Part shown: positions 29,795 through 39,532 of the stretch, piece by piece
How positions within the stretch are numbered: position 1 is the stretch's first letter
Layout of the letters: each line of letters opens with the position of its first letter
Origin: Thermoplasmata archaeon
GTDB lineage: Archaea; Thermoplasmatota; Thermoplasmata; RBG-16-68-12
Length of the DNA: 64,000 nucleotides
Reading direction: 5' to 3'
Assembly: GCA_035636315.1 (NCBI GenBank)
Contig: DASPZJ010000048.1
Location: 908-64,907, forward strand
Program-made: the position numbers and the translations under genes
Notes under the pieces: generated by a model
What the model was told of the DNA's origin: nothing
What the model saw: the letters and a program-made list of their open reading frames with translations, nothing else
Database searches by the model: none

Positions 29795-31483
29795 ATGCGA
29801 GGCGCCCGGCGGTGGCTCCGGCTCTTCGCCGGCGCCATGATTCTCGCTGGCGTCGCGGCAGCCCTCCTGAATCCGTCGTCTGCGCTGGACGCAATCCAGC
29901 TCCCTCTCCTCGGCGCCTTCTCGACCGTGCGGATGGTCGTCGCGTACCTCCTCTCCCTCCTCTTCGCGATTGTCTTCGGTCACACCGCCGCGACGAACAA
30001 GAAGGCCGCAATCGTCATGCTGCCGCTCCTCGACGTCCTCCAGTCGATCCCCATCCTGGTCTTCTTCCCCGCCGCCCTGCTCTTCTTCGTCGCGACGTTC
30101 CACGGGAATCCGATCGGCATCGAATTCGCGGTCGTCTTCCTGATCTTCACGAGCATGGCGTGGAACATGGCGTTCGGGGTGTACGAATCCATCACGACGA
30201 TCCCCCAGGACCTCGAAGCGGCCGCCACGAGCTTCGGCCTCACCGGTTGGCTTCGGTTCCGCCTCCTCGCCTTTCCCGCCGTCATCCCGAAACTCGTCTA
30301 CAACTCGATCCTCTCCTGGACGAACGGCTGGTTCTTCCTCGTTGCGAGCGAAATCTTCTCGGGAAACGGCGCGGAGTTCCAGCGGCCCGGCCTCGGCGCT
30401 TTCATCGCGATCGCGGGCCGGAACGGGGACGTTCCGTCGATCGCGATCGGCCTAGCTGTCCTCGCCGCAATCGTGCTCGCGCTCGACGTGTTCGTGTGGC
30501 GTCCGCTGAGCGTCTGGTCCGAACGATTTCGGATCGATGCCGTGGCGCGCGAGGGGGCGAAGGTCCCGAGGTACGAGCCGTTCCGGTGGCTCCCTCGCCT
30601 TTCGCGAGTGAGGCGGACGATCCTCACGCGCGCGCGGCCCGTCGCGGACACGTACCATCGCGCCTCGGTCCGGCTCGACCGTGTGTATGCGTCGCACCGT
30701 CGCGCCGTCCGCGAGATCCGCGCGGTGGACCTCATAATGTTCCTGATCATCTTCGTCATCGTCGTCACGACGGGACTCGTCGGCCTGACGCAACTCTTCC
30801 TCCGTCCGCTGCCCGCCAAGGCGGGGCTCCTGCCGGAAGCCACGCTCTTCTCGTTCACGCGCCTCCTGATCGCCTACGGCATCGCCCTCGGATGGACCAT
30901 CCCGATGGCCGTCCTCCTGGGCGAGAGCGACCGAGCGTCTCGATTGCTCACGCCGGTCCTCGAGATCTTCGCGTCGCTCCCCGCGACCGCCTTGCTGCCC
31001 GTGATCCTGGGGTTCTCGCTCCTCGTCGCCGCGTCGGCGGCGGACACGGCGGGGCAACTCGCGGCGATCCTGATCGCTCTGTTCAGCATGCAGTGGTACC
31101 TGCTGTTCAACCTGATCGCGGGGGTCCGCAGCATCCCGGAGGACCTCCGAGAGGCGGCTCGATCCTTCGGGCTCCGCGGTCGGACGTATTGGAAACGGGT
31201 GTTGCTGCCGGCGATGACGCCGTCCCTGCTCACCGGGAGCATCACCGCGTGGGGAGCGGGCTGGAACGCCCTCATCGTCTCCGAGTACGTGCAGTACGCG
31301 CGGCGCTTGTACGAGGTGCCCGGCCTGGGATCGCTCCTCAGTGAGTCGGTCTACCTCACGCCGGACGCCGAGATGCTCTTCCTCACCGCCCTCTCGATGA
31401 TCGTCGTCGTCCTCGCAATGAACAAGCTCCTCTGGCGGCCCCTCTTCAAGCGCGCGGCGATCCGCTATCGCCTCGAGGTGTAG
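29795..31483 (+). CDS. ABC transporter permease, NitT/TauT (nitrate/sulfonate/bicarbonate) family, tandem-duplicated (two permease domains in one polypeptide)
   Basis: ~560 aa, 12 TM; two EAA-like loops (TSFGLTGWLRFRLLAFP and RSFGLRGRTYWKRVLLP). Confidence 0.75.
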   Translation: MRGARRWLRLFAGAMILAGVAAALLNPSSALDAIQLPLLGAFSTVRMVVAYLLSLLFAIVFGHTAATNKKAAIVMLPLLDVLQSIPILVFFPAALLFFVATFHGNPIGIEFAVVFLIFTSMAWNMAFGVYESITTIPQDLEAAATSFGLTGWLRFRLLAFPAVIPKLVYNSILSWTNGWFFLVASEIFSGNGAEFQRPGLGAFIAIAGRNGDVPSIAIGLAVLAAIVLALDVFVWRPLSVWSERFRIDAVAREGAKVPRYEPFRWLPRLSRVRRTILTRARPVADTYHRASVRLDRVYASHRRAVREIRAVDLIMFLIIFVIVVTTGLVGLTQLFLRPLPAKAGLLPEATLFSFTRLLIAYGIALGWTIPMAVLLGESDRASRLLTPVLEIFASLPATALLPVILGFSLLVAASAADTAGQLAAILIALFSMQWYLLFNLIAGVRSIPEDLREAARSFGLRGRTYWKRVLLPAMTPSLLTGSITAWGAGWNALIVSEYVQYARRLYEVPGLGSLLSESVYLTPDAEMLFLTALSMIVVVLAMNKLLWRPLFKRAAIRYRLEV

Positions 31484-31484
31484 G

Positions 31485-32246
31485 ATGGCCGCGGCCACGC
31501 CTCTCCTCGACGTGCGGGACGTCACGAAGTCCTACTACGAGAACGGGAAGGAGTTCAAGGTGCTTGAACTCATCCGATTCTCCCTCACGGAACGCGATTT
31601 CGTCTGCGTGGTCGGCCCATCCGGCTCCGGGAAGTCGACGCTCCTCCGGATCCTCGTCGGCCTCGAGAAGCCCACGTCCGGCGAGGTGCTGTTCGAAGGC
31701 GAGCCGATTCGTGCGGACAACCCGCAGGTCGCGATGGTGTTCCAATCGTTCGCCTTGTTCCCCTGGCTCACCGTCGCGCAAAACGTCGAGATCGGGCTCG
31801 AGGCGAAGGGGTTGACATCGGAGCAGAGGCAAGGGCCGGCGCATAAGTTCATCGACGCGGTCGGGCTGACGGGGTTCGAGAACGCGTTCCCCCGCGAGCT
31901 CAGCGGCGGGATGAAGCAGCGGGTCGGCATCGCCCGGGCCCTCGCGATTGAGCCGTTGCTCCTGTGCATGGATGAGCCCTTCTCCTCCCTCGACCCCCTG
32001 ACGGCGCAGAACCTGCGGGATGAGATCTTGCAGCTGTGGTCGGACCCCAACCTCCCGCCGAAAGCCGTCCTCATGGTCACGCACAGCATCGAGGAGGCGG
32101 TCTACCTGGCGGACCGCGTGATCGTGATCTCGAGCCGTCCTGGGCGGATGGTTGCCGAGCTCGTCATCGACCTTCCGAGGCCCCGGAATCGCAAGGAGCC
32201 GGAGTTCTATGGCTGGGTGGACGAGATCTACTCGCTGATCGTTTGA
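31485..32246 (+). CDS. ABC transporter ATP-binding protein, NitT/TauT family
   Basis: Walker A GPSGSGKST, LSGGMKQR, CMDEP, H-loop VTHS. Confidence 0.8.
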   Translation: MAAATPLLDVRDVTKSYYENGKEFKVLELIRFSLTERDFVCVVGPSGSGKSTLLRILVGLEKPTSGEVLFEGEPIRADNPQVAMVFQSFALFPWLTVAQNVEIGLEAKGLTSEQRQGPAHKFIDAVGLTGFENAFPRELSGGMKQRVGIARALAIEPLLLCMDEPFSSLDPLTAQNLRDEILQLWSDPNLPPKAVLMVTHSIEEAVYLADRVIVISSRPGRMVAELVIDLPRPRNRKEPEFYGWVDEIYSLIV

Positions 32247-32260
32247 AAACCGGAGGTCAA

Positions 32261-32785
32261 ATGTCTAATAGCGGCGACGACGTTGGACCGCCAAAGCGGG
32301 TGAAGGACTTTCACTCCATTTCAAAGGCTTCCGTGGGCCAAGTCCTTGGACTCGTCGAGGCCGTCGACGAGACCGGAGGGACCGCGGACGTCGCCACGAT
32401 CTCGAGAGAGGTCGAGATGGACATCGACCGTCTCGGGCCCATCCTCGCCGCCGCAGAATTCCTTGGACTCCTCGAGGTCGAGGACGGCGACGTGCGCATG
32501 ACGGACCTCAGCCGCAAACTCCTCTCGGCGAGCGTCCGTGAACGGAAGTCCATCGTCCGGGGCATCATCGACGACTTGCCCGTGTTCCGCCGCGTGACGG
32601 AGATGGCCCGCGTCGCGGGCCGCCCGCTCGATCGGCGGGAAGTCGTCGACGCCCTCGCGGCGAACGTCGGGAGCCACCAGGCGGACGAGGTCTTCAAGGC
32701 GCTCGTCTACTGGGGCCGCTACGTCGAACTCGTCCGATACGACAGCGAGTCGGAGCTGCTCAGCCTGCGGACGCCGTCGAAATAA
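32261..32785 (+). CDS. stand-alone AAA-associated C-terminal domain-like protein (as found fused to NitT/TauT ABC ATPases)
   Basis: 175 aa, MSNSGDD...; position right after the ABC ATPase; domain assignment from memory, not searched. Confidence 0.45.
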   Translation: MSNSGDDVGPPKRVKDFHSISKASVGQVLGLVEAVDETGGTADVATISREVEMDIDRLGPILAAAEFLGLLEVEDGDVRMTDLSRKLLSASVRERKSIVRGIIDDLPVFRRVTEMARVAGRPLDRREVVDALAANVGSHQADEVFKALVYWGRYVELVRYDSESELLSLRTPSK

Positions 32786-32788
32786 TCG

Positions 32789-34393
32789 CTATTCGGTCGC
32801 GCCGAAGAACTGCCGAAGGACCGGATGCATCTCCATCATCTGCTCGCGGCCGATCGCCTCATACAGCTGGATCATGATGCCGACGGACAGCAGGACCCCG
32901 GTGCCGGACGCGTTGCCCACCGTCCCGATCATGTCGGCGCCCGCCGCGAGGGCGCCCACCGAGGCTCCAGAAATCACCGCCACCACCGGGATGTACCGGT
33001 CCAGCACCCGGCGCAAGACGCGCGGGTCTCGCCGGAATCCGGGGATTTGCATCCCGCTTGACTCGATCTGGCGAGCGACGTCCTCCGGTCCCATGTTCGT
33101 CGTCATGATCCAGAACTTCGCGAACATGACGGATCCGCCGATGAATACGAGCAGGAACACCAGGAGATGCACCAAGACCTGCCAGTACTGGAGTCCCCGC
33201 AGGTAGACGCCGTACTGGAGCGGATTGAAGAGCGGCAGGAGCCAGTCCTGCACGCCGTTGATGTTCGAGAAGTAGTACGCCAGCCCGCCGATGGGCGTCG
33301 TCCGTTGCAGCTGCCCGTTCACGACTCGGTAGTCGGACGCGCTCGGATAGGCCCCGATGAGCGGATTCTGGCCGAGGACGGGCCATTCGGGATGCTGCCA
33401 GAGTAGCAGCGAGAACATGCTGACGTTCGCGAGGACCGCGGCGACGAGGATGACGGGGATGTTCGACGCGTACATCAGGCGGATGGGATAGCGGCCCCGC
33501 GCCCCTCGGGCCATCCCGTGAGCCAGGGGGAGCTCAATCCGGGTCGACTCGACGTATGCGACGATCAGGAAGATCGCAATCGTGCCGATCAACGCGATGA
33601 GCGGGTTCGGCGGCTGGACGAGGAGTTGCTCGATTCGTCCGTTCGCGAGCGCGCTCGCGGAGAAGTTCTGGAAGTAGTAGACCGTCTTCGGGATCGCTCC
33701 CGCGGGGATCGGGCTCCCCGGGTTGGCGGGCTCGAAATTGAACGTCCCGGTGAAGATCTGCTGCGCAACCCCGCCCGCGATGAAGAGCGAGATGCCCGAC
33801 CCGATCCCCCACTTCGACACGACCTCGTCCATCAGGAACACGAGGTAGGATCCGCCGAAGAGCTGCGCGATGATGAAGAACTTGGCCCAGCTCTCCCCAT
33901 GGCCCGCCGGAAGCACCCCGAAGAACCCCGCCCCGTTCAGGCTCGTCACGAACGGCGCGGCGGGGGTCAGGAATCCGTAGACCTGCGGGACCGCCTCGAC
34001 GAAGATCATCACGATGACCAGGAACTTCTGGGTCCCTTGGTAGACGCTCTTGTCTTCGTCGTCCTGGAGATCGAGGTTGATGATCTTCGCCCCGGCGAAG
34101 AGTTGCATGATGATCGAAGCGGTGACGATCGGGCCGATGCCGAGGTGCATCAATGATCCCTGGGCACCCGCGAGGATGGCCCGGAGGCTCGAGAAGAAGT
34201 CGATGACGTTCGAGCGATCGAGGCCGTAGATGAAGATGTTCGTCATCGCGAAGTAGATGACGAGGATCGCAAGGACCCAGAACATCTTCGTTCGGAATTG
34301 GACGTGACCTTCCGGACGCGTGACCGCGGGAAGGCGGTCCGTCAGCGGCTTGAGCGCATACAGCCGACTCTTCTTCTGCTCTTCGAGGGGCAT
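32789..34393 (-). CDS. secY: preprotein translocase subunit SecY
   Basis: 534 aa, 10 TM, SecY motifs; terminal gene of ribosomal spc-like operon. Confidence 0.9.
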   Translation of the reverse strand: MPLEEQKKSRLYALKPLTDRLPAVTRPEGHVQFRTKMFWVLAILVIYFAMTNIFIYGLDRSNVIDFFSSLRAILAGAQGSLMHLGIGPIVTASIIMQLFAGAKIINLDLQDDEDKSVYQGTQKFLVIVMIFVEAVPQVYGFLTPAAPFVTSLNGAGFFGVLPAGHGESWAKFFIIAQLFGGSYLVFLMDEVVSKWGIGSGISLFIAGGVAQQIFTGTFNFEPANPGSPIPAGAIPKTVYYFQNFSASALANGRIEQLLVQPPNPLIALIGTIAIFLIVAYVESTRIELPLAHGMARGARGRYPIRLMYASNIPVILVAAVLANVSMFSLLLWQHPEWPVLGQNPLIGAYPSASDYRVVNGQLQRTTPIGGLAYYFSNINGVQDWLLPLFNPLQYGVYLRGLQYWQVLVHLLVFLLVFIGGSVMFAKFWIMTTNMGPEDVARQIESSGMQIPGFRRDPRVLRRVLDRYIPVVAVISGASVGALAAGADMIGTVGNASGTGVLLSVGIMIQLYEAIGREQMMEMHPVLRQFFGATE

Positions 34394-34396
34394 CGC

Positions 34397-34834
34397 TCAC
34401 GTCCCGGGTGGAGAGGGGAGGACCACCTCACCGCCCGCGCCGGCGACCTTGGCGACCGCGGCCTCCGACGCTTTCGCGACGGTGATGCGCATCGGCATCG
34501 TTACGCGACCAGACCCTAATAGCTTGTCGATTCCTGCGGCGGTCAGGTCGACATCGATTCGAGAATTGTCCTTCTTCACGCGACCCGCGGCCTCGAATTC
34601 CCCCAGGTGGCGCACGAGATCCTCGAGATCGATCGACGTCGTCGCGTGCATCTGCGCGTGCCGGGTGAAGCCGTGCCGCCCGAAGTGATCCGGGTCGTAC
34701 TTGATCATCCACTTCCGTTTGTGTTTGTGGAGGCCCGCGTTCCCCGTCCCGCCGCGTCCGCCCGCACCGCGACCGTGCTTCTTGCCGCGCCCGTGTGTGC
34801 GGCTCCCTCTCAGCTTGCGCGTCCTAGAGACCAT
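34397..34834 (-). CDS. rpl15: 50S ribosomal protein L15 (uL15)
   Basis: MVSRTRKLRGSRTHGRGKKHGRGAGGRGGTGNAG...; ORF-track N-extension rejected. Confidence 0.85.
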   Translation of the reverse strand: MVSRTRKLRGSRTHGRGKKHGRGAGGRGGTGNAGLHKHKRKWMIKYDPDHFGRHGFTRHAQMHATTSIDLEDLVRHLGEFEAAGRVKKDNSRIDVDLTAAGIDKLLGSGRVTMPMRITVAKASEAAVAKVAGAGGEVVLPSPPGT

Positions 34835-35312
34835 CGGTTGCCTCCTCGAAGAGCATCCGCTGAAGCAACTCGTTGATCGCCTTGCCGCGGTACCCGAGGT
34901 CCCCGCCGTCGTGGTACCCGCGCTTGATCCCGCGATACCCCCTCCGCGGCGGCGGCAACCGCAGCACGGGTCGCAGCTCGCCAACATCCGCAAGGGAGGC
35001 TTCGCCCTTCGCGATCGCCTGACTGAGGTCCCAGATCGACTTGTACTTGCTGTGCGCCTTCACGAAGGCATCGTCGATCGGCTTGTCCCCGACCCGGCGG
35101 CCCCGCTTCAGGAGCATCTTCGCGAGGACCTCCGCCTCGACCTCGCCCCACGTGACGTGGTCCTTAACGAGCTGGAGCATGCCGAGGTACGTCGGGTTCT
35201 GCGGGATGATCGAGCAGTGGTTCTGACGCGTCAGGTGGAGCATGCGCAAGGTGTCCTTCACGTCGGCGCGGAGGTCGCCTTTCCCCCGGAGTCGCAGGAC
35301 GGCGAAGCTCAT
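34824..35312 (-). CDS. rpl30: 50S ribosomal protein L30 (uL30)
   Basis: MSFAVLRLRGKGDLRADVKDTLRMLHL... Confidence 0.85.
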   Translation of the reverse strand: MSFAVLRLRGKGDLRADVKDTLRMLHLTRQNHCSIIPQNPTYLGMLQLVKDHVTWGEVEAEVLAKMLLKRGRRVGDKPIDDAFVKAHSKYKSIWDLSQAIAKGEASLADVGELRPVLRLPPPRRGYRGIKRGYHDGGDLGYRGKAINELLQRMLFEEATDGL

Positions 35313-36151
35313 TCCTCCTTCCCCTCCTCCCCTGCGTCCGGGGCCGTCGCCTGCGTCAGGTCCTCACCCTCGACCGCGATCTCCTCCGGGAGCTCGGGGG
35401 CCGCTTCCGGCTCCGGAACCGCCGCCGGTGCGATCTTGCGAACGAAGACCTGCTCCGCCCCCGCCTTGATCTTGAGGCGGTCGGTCTGCTCCCCGCGCAC
35501 CTTCAGTTCCGACGTCCGCCGGAGCGCTTCGAACGTCGCCAGGGCGTAGTTGACCGTCGTCTTCGTGTGGCCTTTCGTGAAGCCCCACGCGTCCGTGATG
35601 CCGCCGAGGCGGAGGACGCTCTTCGCCACATCGCCGACCGCGAGGCCGACGCCCTGCGGCGCGGGCTTCAGGACGACCACGACGGAGCCGCTGCGTCCCA
35701 TGACCTTGAAGGGGAGCGAGTGGGCCCGTTGGCACCCGCACTCCCAGGAGCCACACCCCCGTTTGATCTCGATCATGTTCAGCTTCGCGTTGTCGATCGC
35801 CCGACGGATCGAGGGCCCGACCTCGCGTCCCCGCGCCCGACCGAGTCCGGCGAAGCCGTCCTTGTTCCCGACGATGCACGTGATCACGAAGTTCACGCGG
35901 CGGCCGGAATCCGTCATCCGCTGCACCATGTTCACGTCGAGGACTTCGTCTTCCGTCTCGGGGAGGAGGACGTCGACGATCTCCGGCTCGCGGATCGGGA
36001 GGCCGGTCTTCAGGGCGTCGCCGAGCGTCGTGAGGGTGCCTGCGAGGACCAGGCGGCCGAGTTTCGTCTTCGGGACCCATTGGCTCAAGTCCCGCTCGGG
36101 ACGGGCCGCGCGCGCCTCGCGCCGGCGCCCGCCGCCGCGCCGTCCCGGCAT
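35309..36151 (-). CDS. rps5: 30S ribosomal protein S5 (uS5) with ~55 aa acidic C-terminal extension
   Basis: S5 dsRBD and C-domain; tail PEPEAAPELPEEIAVEGEDLTQATAPDAGEEGKEE. Confidence 0.85.
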   Translation of the reverse strand: MPGRRGGGRRREARAARPERDLSQWVPKTKLGRLVLAGTLTTLGDALKTGLPIREPEIVDVLLPETEDEVLDVNMVQRMTDSGRRVNFVITCIVGNKDGFAGLGRARGREVGPSIRRAIDNAKLNMIEIKRGCGSWECGCQRAHSLPFKVMGRSGSVVVVLKPAPQGVGLAVGDVAKSVLRLGGITDAWGFTKGHTKTTVNYALATFEALRRTSELKVRGEQTDRLKIKAGAEQVFVRKIAPAAVPEPEAAPELPEEIAVEGEDLTQATAPDAGEEGKEE

Positions 36152-36654
36152 CAGGTCCCCTCCAGCTTCGTCTTCACGGCGTCGAACTGCTTCGGCACGT
36201 CCGGGCCGATGTGAACGCCTCGGATCCGGTCCTTCGCCGGCAGCACGTCGGGGCTGTGGGGGACCGCCACGCCGGAGTCCACGAGACCCTGGAGCGCCGC
36301 GAACAGCCGGCCGCCCTTCGAGGGCCGCTGCACACCGATGTCGAGCACCGCTTCCTTGACGCCCTTCGCGGACGCCTTCTTTCCGGCGAGGAATCCCGTG
36401 AGGTACGCCGCCGGGAGGTTGCCGGTGCCGGCGGACCAGCCGTGGTCCTTGAGCTCGAGGGACTGCGCCGCCGCGACCACGCGATCCCCCGCGGGATCCG
36501 GGGTCACGAGTTGCACGATCGTCTGGTTGAGCGTCTTCCGTACGACGGCCCGCGGCTTCTGGCTCCGGAGGAGCTTCGAGCGGACCCGATAGTCCGTGCG
36601 TCCTTCCCGCCGTCGGCGGAACGGCACGCGGTAGTGTGGACCCTGGCTCGTCAT
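36151..36654 (-). CDS. rpl18: 50S ribosomal protein L18 (uL18)
   Basis: MTSQGPHYRVPFRRRREGRTDYRVRSKLL... Confidence 0.85.
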   Translation of the reverse strand: MTSQGPHYRVPFRRRREGRTDYRVRSKLLRSQKPRAVVRKTLNQTIVQLVTPDPAGDRVVAAAQSLELKDHGWSAGTGNLPAAYLTGFLAGKKASAKGVKEAVLDIGVQRPSKGGRLFAALQGLVDSGVAVPHSPDVLPAKDRIRGVHIGPDVPKQFDAVKTKLEGT

Positions 36655-37115
36655 GCCTTCGCCTCCTTCAGCGCGCCGGAGGCGCGCAGCTGCTGCTCCA
36701 GGTGCGACCGGGATTTGAACATGCCGCCCTTCGCCTGCCGGTAGAACCGCCGGTACGTCCGCACGTCGATCCGCCCCTGGCCCTTCAGCTCCCGCAGGTA
36801 TCGACGCATCCCGCGGATCACGCCGATCCATCGGGTCTTCTGCGGCGTCCGTGCGTTCAACCCTCCCTTCCGGCTCCCGTGCCCGCGCCGCCGGCCCTTC
36901 GCCCGCTGCGCCGCCCGGTACCTCGCCCGTCCGCGCGACACGCCCCGTTCCGGGCGCTTCTGGATCACGTTCCGGCGGATGAGGCCGCGGATGAGGTCGC
37001 GCGTGATCGCGTCGAGGATGTTCTCCTGTTCCTTCGGGTCCGGACTGATGTACACGCGGTTGATGCCGACCCCGAGGAGCGAGGCCGCGAGCCGTCGCTG
37101 GTAGTCGAACCTCAT
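36651..37115 (-). CDS. rpl19e: 50S ribosomal protein L19e (eL19)
   Basis: 154 aa, basic, L19e-like. Confidence 0.85.
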   Translation of the reverse strand: MRFDYQRRLAASLLGVGINRVYISPDPKEQENILDAITRDLIRGLIRRNVIQKRPERGVSRGRARYRAAQRAKGRRRGHGSRKGGLNARTPQKTRWIGVIRGMRRYLRELKGQGRIDVRTYRRFYRQAKGGMFKSRSHLEQQLRASGALKEAKA

Positions 37116-37915
37116 TCCGTCACCATCCGGTTCAGGACTCGCAGGCCCTTATCGTCGCACGCCCGCTCGATCAGCCCGCGCTTCCGCGCGCCAACGCCGT
37201 GGGCGATCCGGACCGCCTGCCGGTCCGGGTCGAGGCCCTCGAGTTCTCGGGGATTGTGGACCAGGACCTCTTGGAACCCACTCGGATGGAAGCCGCGGAC
37301 TTCCCTCGGGCCGCGATAGCCGATCGACGGCAGGTTCCAGCGATATCCGAAGTGACGGCGCAGTTTCGACTGCCCGCCCTGGGGCTTTCGCCATTCGTCT
37401 CCGAACTTCTTGTATCGGAACCATTCTTGGCGGCGGAACTTCGGCCGCTGAGCCGATTTGGAGGCCCGCAGGGCGAGGAGCCGCCGGAGGTCCGGACTCA
37501 GCTTCGGCTTCTGGCGGGGCTCGTGCGGCTCTTCCGCCGCTTCCTCCTCTTCCTTCTTCGTCTCCTCTTTCTTCGCACGCTTGGCGGGCTTCTTCTCCTT
37601 CCGCTTCGCTTCCCCGCGGGGCTTCTTCTCTGCCTTCGCCGGCTTCTCCGGCTTCTCTTCGCGCGCCGCGGGCGGTTCCTTCGGTGCGGCGGCCTTCGCC
37701 TCCTGCTTCTCGACGTATGCGAGGAGGCGTTTCCGCAAATCGTCGACCTTGCCTTCCGTCTCGAGCCCGAATTTCTCCGAAATCGAGACGAGCTCCGCCT
37801 TCTTCGCCTCACGGATCTCGTGAGGCGTCGGGAGGGTGACCGGCGGTTCCTTCGGTGCCTCCGGGACGGCCTTCTTCGCCTTCTTCTCGACTTTCGGTTC
37901 TTTCTCGTCCGCCAT
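37112..37915 (-). CDS. rpl32e: 50S ribosomal protein L32e (eL32) with ~130 aa K/E/P-rich N-terminal extension containing a SAP-like motif
   Basis: C-terminal PKFRRQEWFRYKKFGDEWRKPQGGQSKLRRHFGYRW... L32e core; N-terminal ELVSISEKFGLETEGKVDDLRKRLLAYVEK. Confidence 0.8.
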   Translation of the reverse strand: MADEKEPKVEKKAKKAVPEAPKEPPVTLPTPHEIREAKKAELVSISEKFGLETEGKVDDLRKRLLAYVEKQEAKAAAPKEPPAAREEKPEKPAKAEKKPRGEAKRKEKKPAKRAKKEETKKEEEEAAEEPHEPRQKPKLSPDLRRLLALRASKSAQRPKFRRQEWFRYKKFGDEWRKPQGGQSKLRRHFGYRWNLPSIGYRGPREVRGFHPSGFQEVLVHNPRELEGLDPDRQAVRIAHGVGARKRGLIERACDDKGLRVLNRMVTE

Positions 37916-37917
37916 GC

Positions 37918-38463
37918 TCAGGCCTCCCCGGCCTTCCTCGTGATGTAGATGCCGTCCTGGAAGATGCGCGGATCGAACCCGCGGATCCGGGTCGCCTGTT
38001 CGATGTTCGCGGCCGTCTGGGAGACCGCTTCGATGTCGGGTCCCGTCAGAACGACCTGATCGCCCTTCACCTCGACCTTCGTCTCCCCGACGATCGTCGT
38101 CTTGCGCGGGAACTTCTCCCCGAGGAAGTTCTCGATGACGAACTCGGGCCCCTTCACCATCGCCTTGACCGGGAAGTGGCTGTACACGATCTTCATCTCA
38201 TACGTGAATCCGTCCGTCACGCCCACGATCATGTTCCGCAGGTGGGCGGCAAACGTCCCGACGAGCGCCCCGTCCTTCCGTCGGGGAAATTCGCAGCGGA
38301 TCTTGACCTGCTTCCCGTCGACCTGCATCCGGATCCGGGGATGGGACAGACTCCGTCGAAGGGCGTGTCGCGGTCCCTTTACGACGACGTGACCTCCTTC
38401 GATCTGGACCTGGACGCCGTCCGGGACGTCGACCACCCGTTCGATGAAACCGGCGACAGGCAT
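37918..38463 (-). CDS. rpl6: 50S ribosomal protein L6 (uL6)
   Basis: 181 aa, two L6 repeats. Confidence 0.9.
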   Translation of the reverse strand: MPVAGFIERVVDVPDGVQVQIEGGHVVVKGPRHALRRSLSHPRIRMQVDGKQVKIRCEFPRRKDGALVGTFAAHLRNMIVGVTDGFTYEMKIVYSHFPVKAMVKGPEFVIENFLGEKFPRKTTIVGETKVEVKGDQVVLTGPDIEAVSQTAANIEQATRIRGFDPRIFQDGIYITRKAGEA

Positions 38464-38472
38464 CGAGGCACC

Positions 38473-38862
38473 TCAGTACACGTAGGCGAGGAGCTTCCCG
38501 CCCACGCCGATCTGCTTCGCTTTCGTCTGGGAGATGACGCCTTCCGTCGTGGTGAGAATCAGGACGCCGAAATCCTGCGCGGGCAGGTAGCGGGCCTCGA
38601 ACTTCTCAAGATCCGTCCGCCGAACGGCGAATCGGGGCTTGATCACGCCGCAGTTGTTGATGCTCCCGACGAGCCCGACCCGATAGAGATTTCCGCGGCC
38701 GTCCTCGACGAGCTCGAACGATCGGATGTACTGGTGCTCCTCCATCACCTTGAGGACGTGACCGATCAGCTTCGACGCCGGACGGATGAAGCACTCCGCC
38801 TTCCCCGCGGCCTCCGCGTTCCGGATCGTCGCCATCGCGTCGTTCAGAGGATCTTGAAGCAT
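38473..38862 (-). CDS. rps8: 30S ribosomal protein S8 (uS8)
   Basis: 129 aa MLQDPLNDAMATIRNAE... Confidence 0.9.
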   Translation of the reverse strand: MLQDPLNDAMATIRNAEAAGKAECFIRPASKLIGHVLKVMEEHQYIRSFELVEDGRGNLYRVGLVGSINNCGVIKPRFAVRRTDLEKFEARYLPAQDFGVLILTTTEGVISQTKAKQIGVGGKLLAYVY

Positions 38863-38871
38863 CGTCCCGCC

Positions 38872-39018
38872 TCAGCTGTATTTCCGGAAGCCGAGCTCGT
38901 ACGCGATCTCGCGGAAGCATTGTCGGCACAGGTGGAGGCCGTACCGCCGGACGATGCCGCGCTTCCGGCCGCACCGGAGGCAGCCCCGCTTTCGGCCGAA
39001 GTCCTTCGTCCGCCTCAC
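38872..39018 (-). CDS. rps14: 30S ribosomal protein S14 type Z (zinc-binding, uS14), 48 aa
   Basis: Manual translation: (GTG)[47 protein letters not shown]; GTG start overlaps L5 stop (GTGA); below ORF-track cutoff. Confidence 0.8.
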   Translation of the reverse strand: MRRTKDFGRKRGCLRCGRKRGIVRRYGLHLCRQCFREIAYELGFRKYS

Positions 39019-39524
39019 TCCACCACCTCGACCTTGAATGCATCGCGCATGAACTGGACGCCCTCGTCCCGGGAGATTCGGTGCCGCCGCGGGATGCGAC
39101 GCGGCTTCGCGGCCCGGCGGGCGATGCGGAACCCGGGGCGCTGGAGGACCACGCTCACGTCCATCCCGAACACGCCGATCTCCGGATCGTACTTCATGCC
39201 GGGGAAGTCGGTATAGTCCTGAATCCCGAACGAGACGTTGCCGCGTGGATCGAAGCTGTACGATGGGAGGCGGTTGTTCCGGATCTCCAGCGCGTCCTTG
39301 AGGAACGCCACCGCGGGGTCGCCCCGCAACGTAACGCGCGTGCCGATCGGCATGTTGCGTCGCACGCCCCAGTCCCGGACTGCGGTGTGGCTGAGCGTCT
39401 GCACGGGCTTCTGCTTCGCGACGAGCCCGAGGACCTTCTGAGCCTTGACGAGCTTCTCACCGGCCTCCCCGACGCCGATGTTGATCACGACCTTCTCGAT
39501 CCGGATGTCTCGCATGCCCGCCAT
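39015..39524 (-). CDS. rpl5: 50S ribosomal protein L5 (uL5)
   Basis: [25 protein letters not shown]...; ORF-track upstream extension rejected. Confidence 0.9.
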   Translation of the reverse strand: MAGMRDIRIEKVVINIGVGEAGEKLVKAQKVLGLVAKQKPVQTLSHTAVRDWGVRRNMPIGTRVTLRGDPAVAFLKDALEIRNNRLPSYSFDPRGNVSFGIQDYTDFPGMKYDPEIGVFGMDVSVVLQRPGFRIARRAAKPRRIPRRHRISRDEGVQFMRDAFKVEVVE

Positions 39525-39532
39525 CGTACCAC

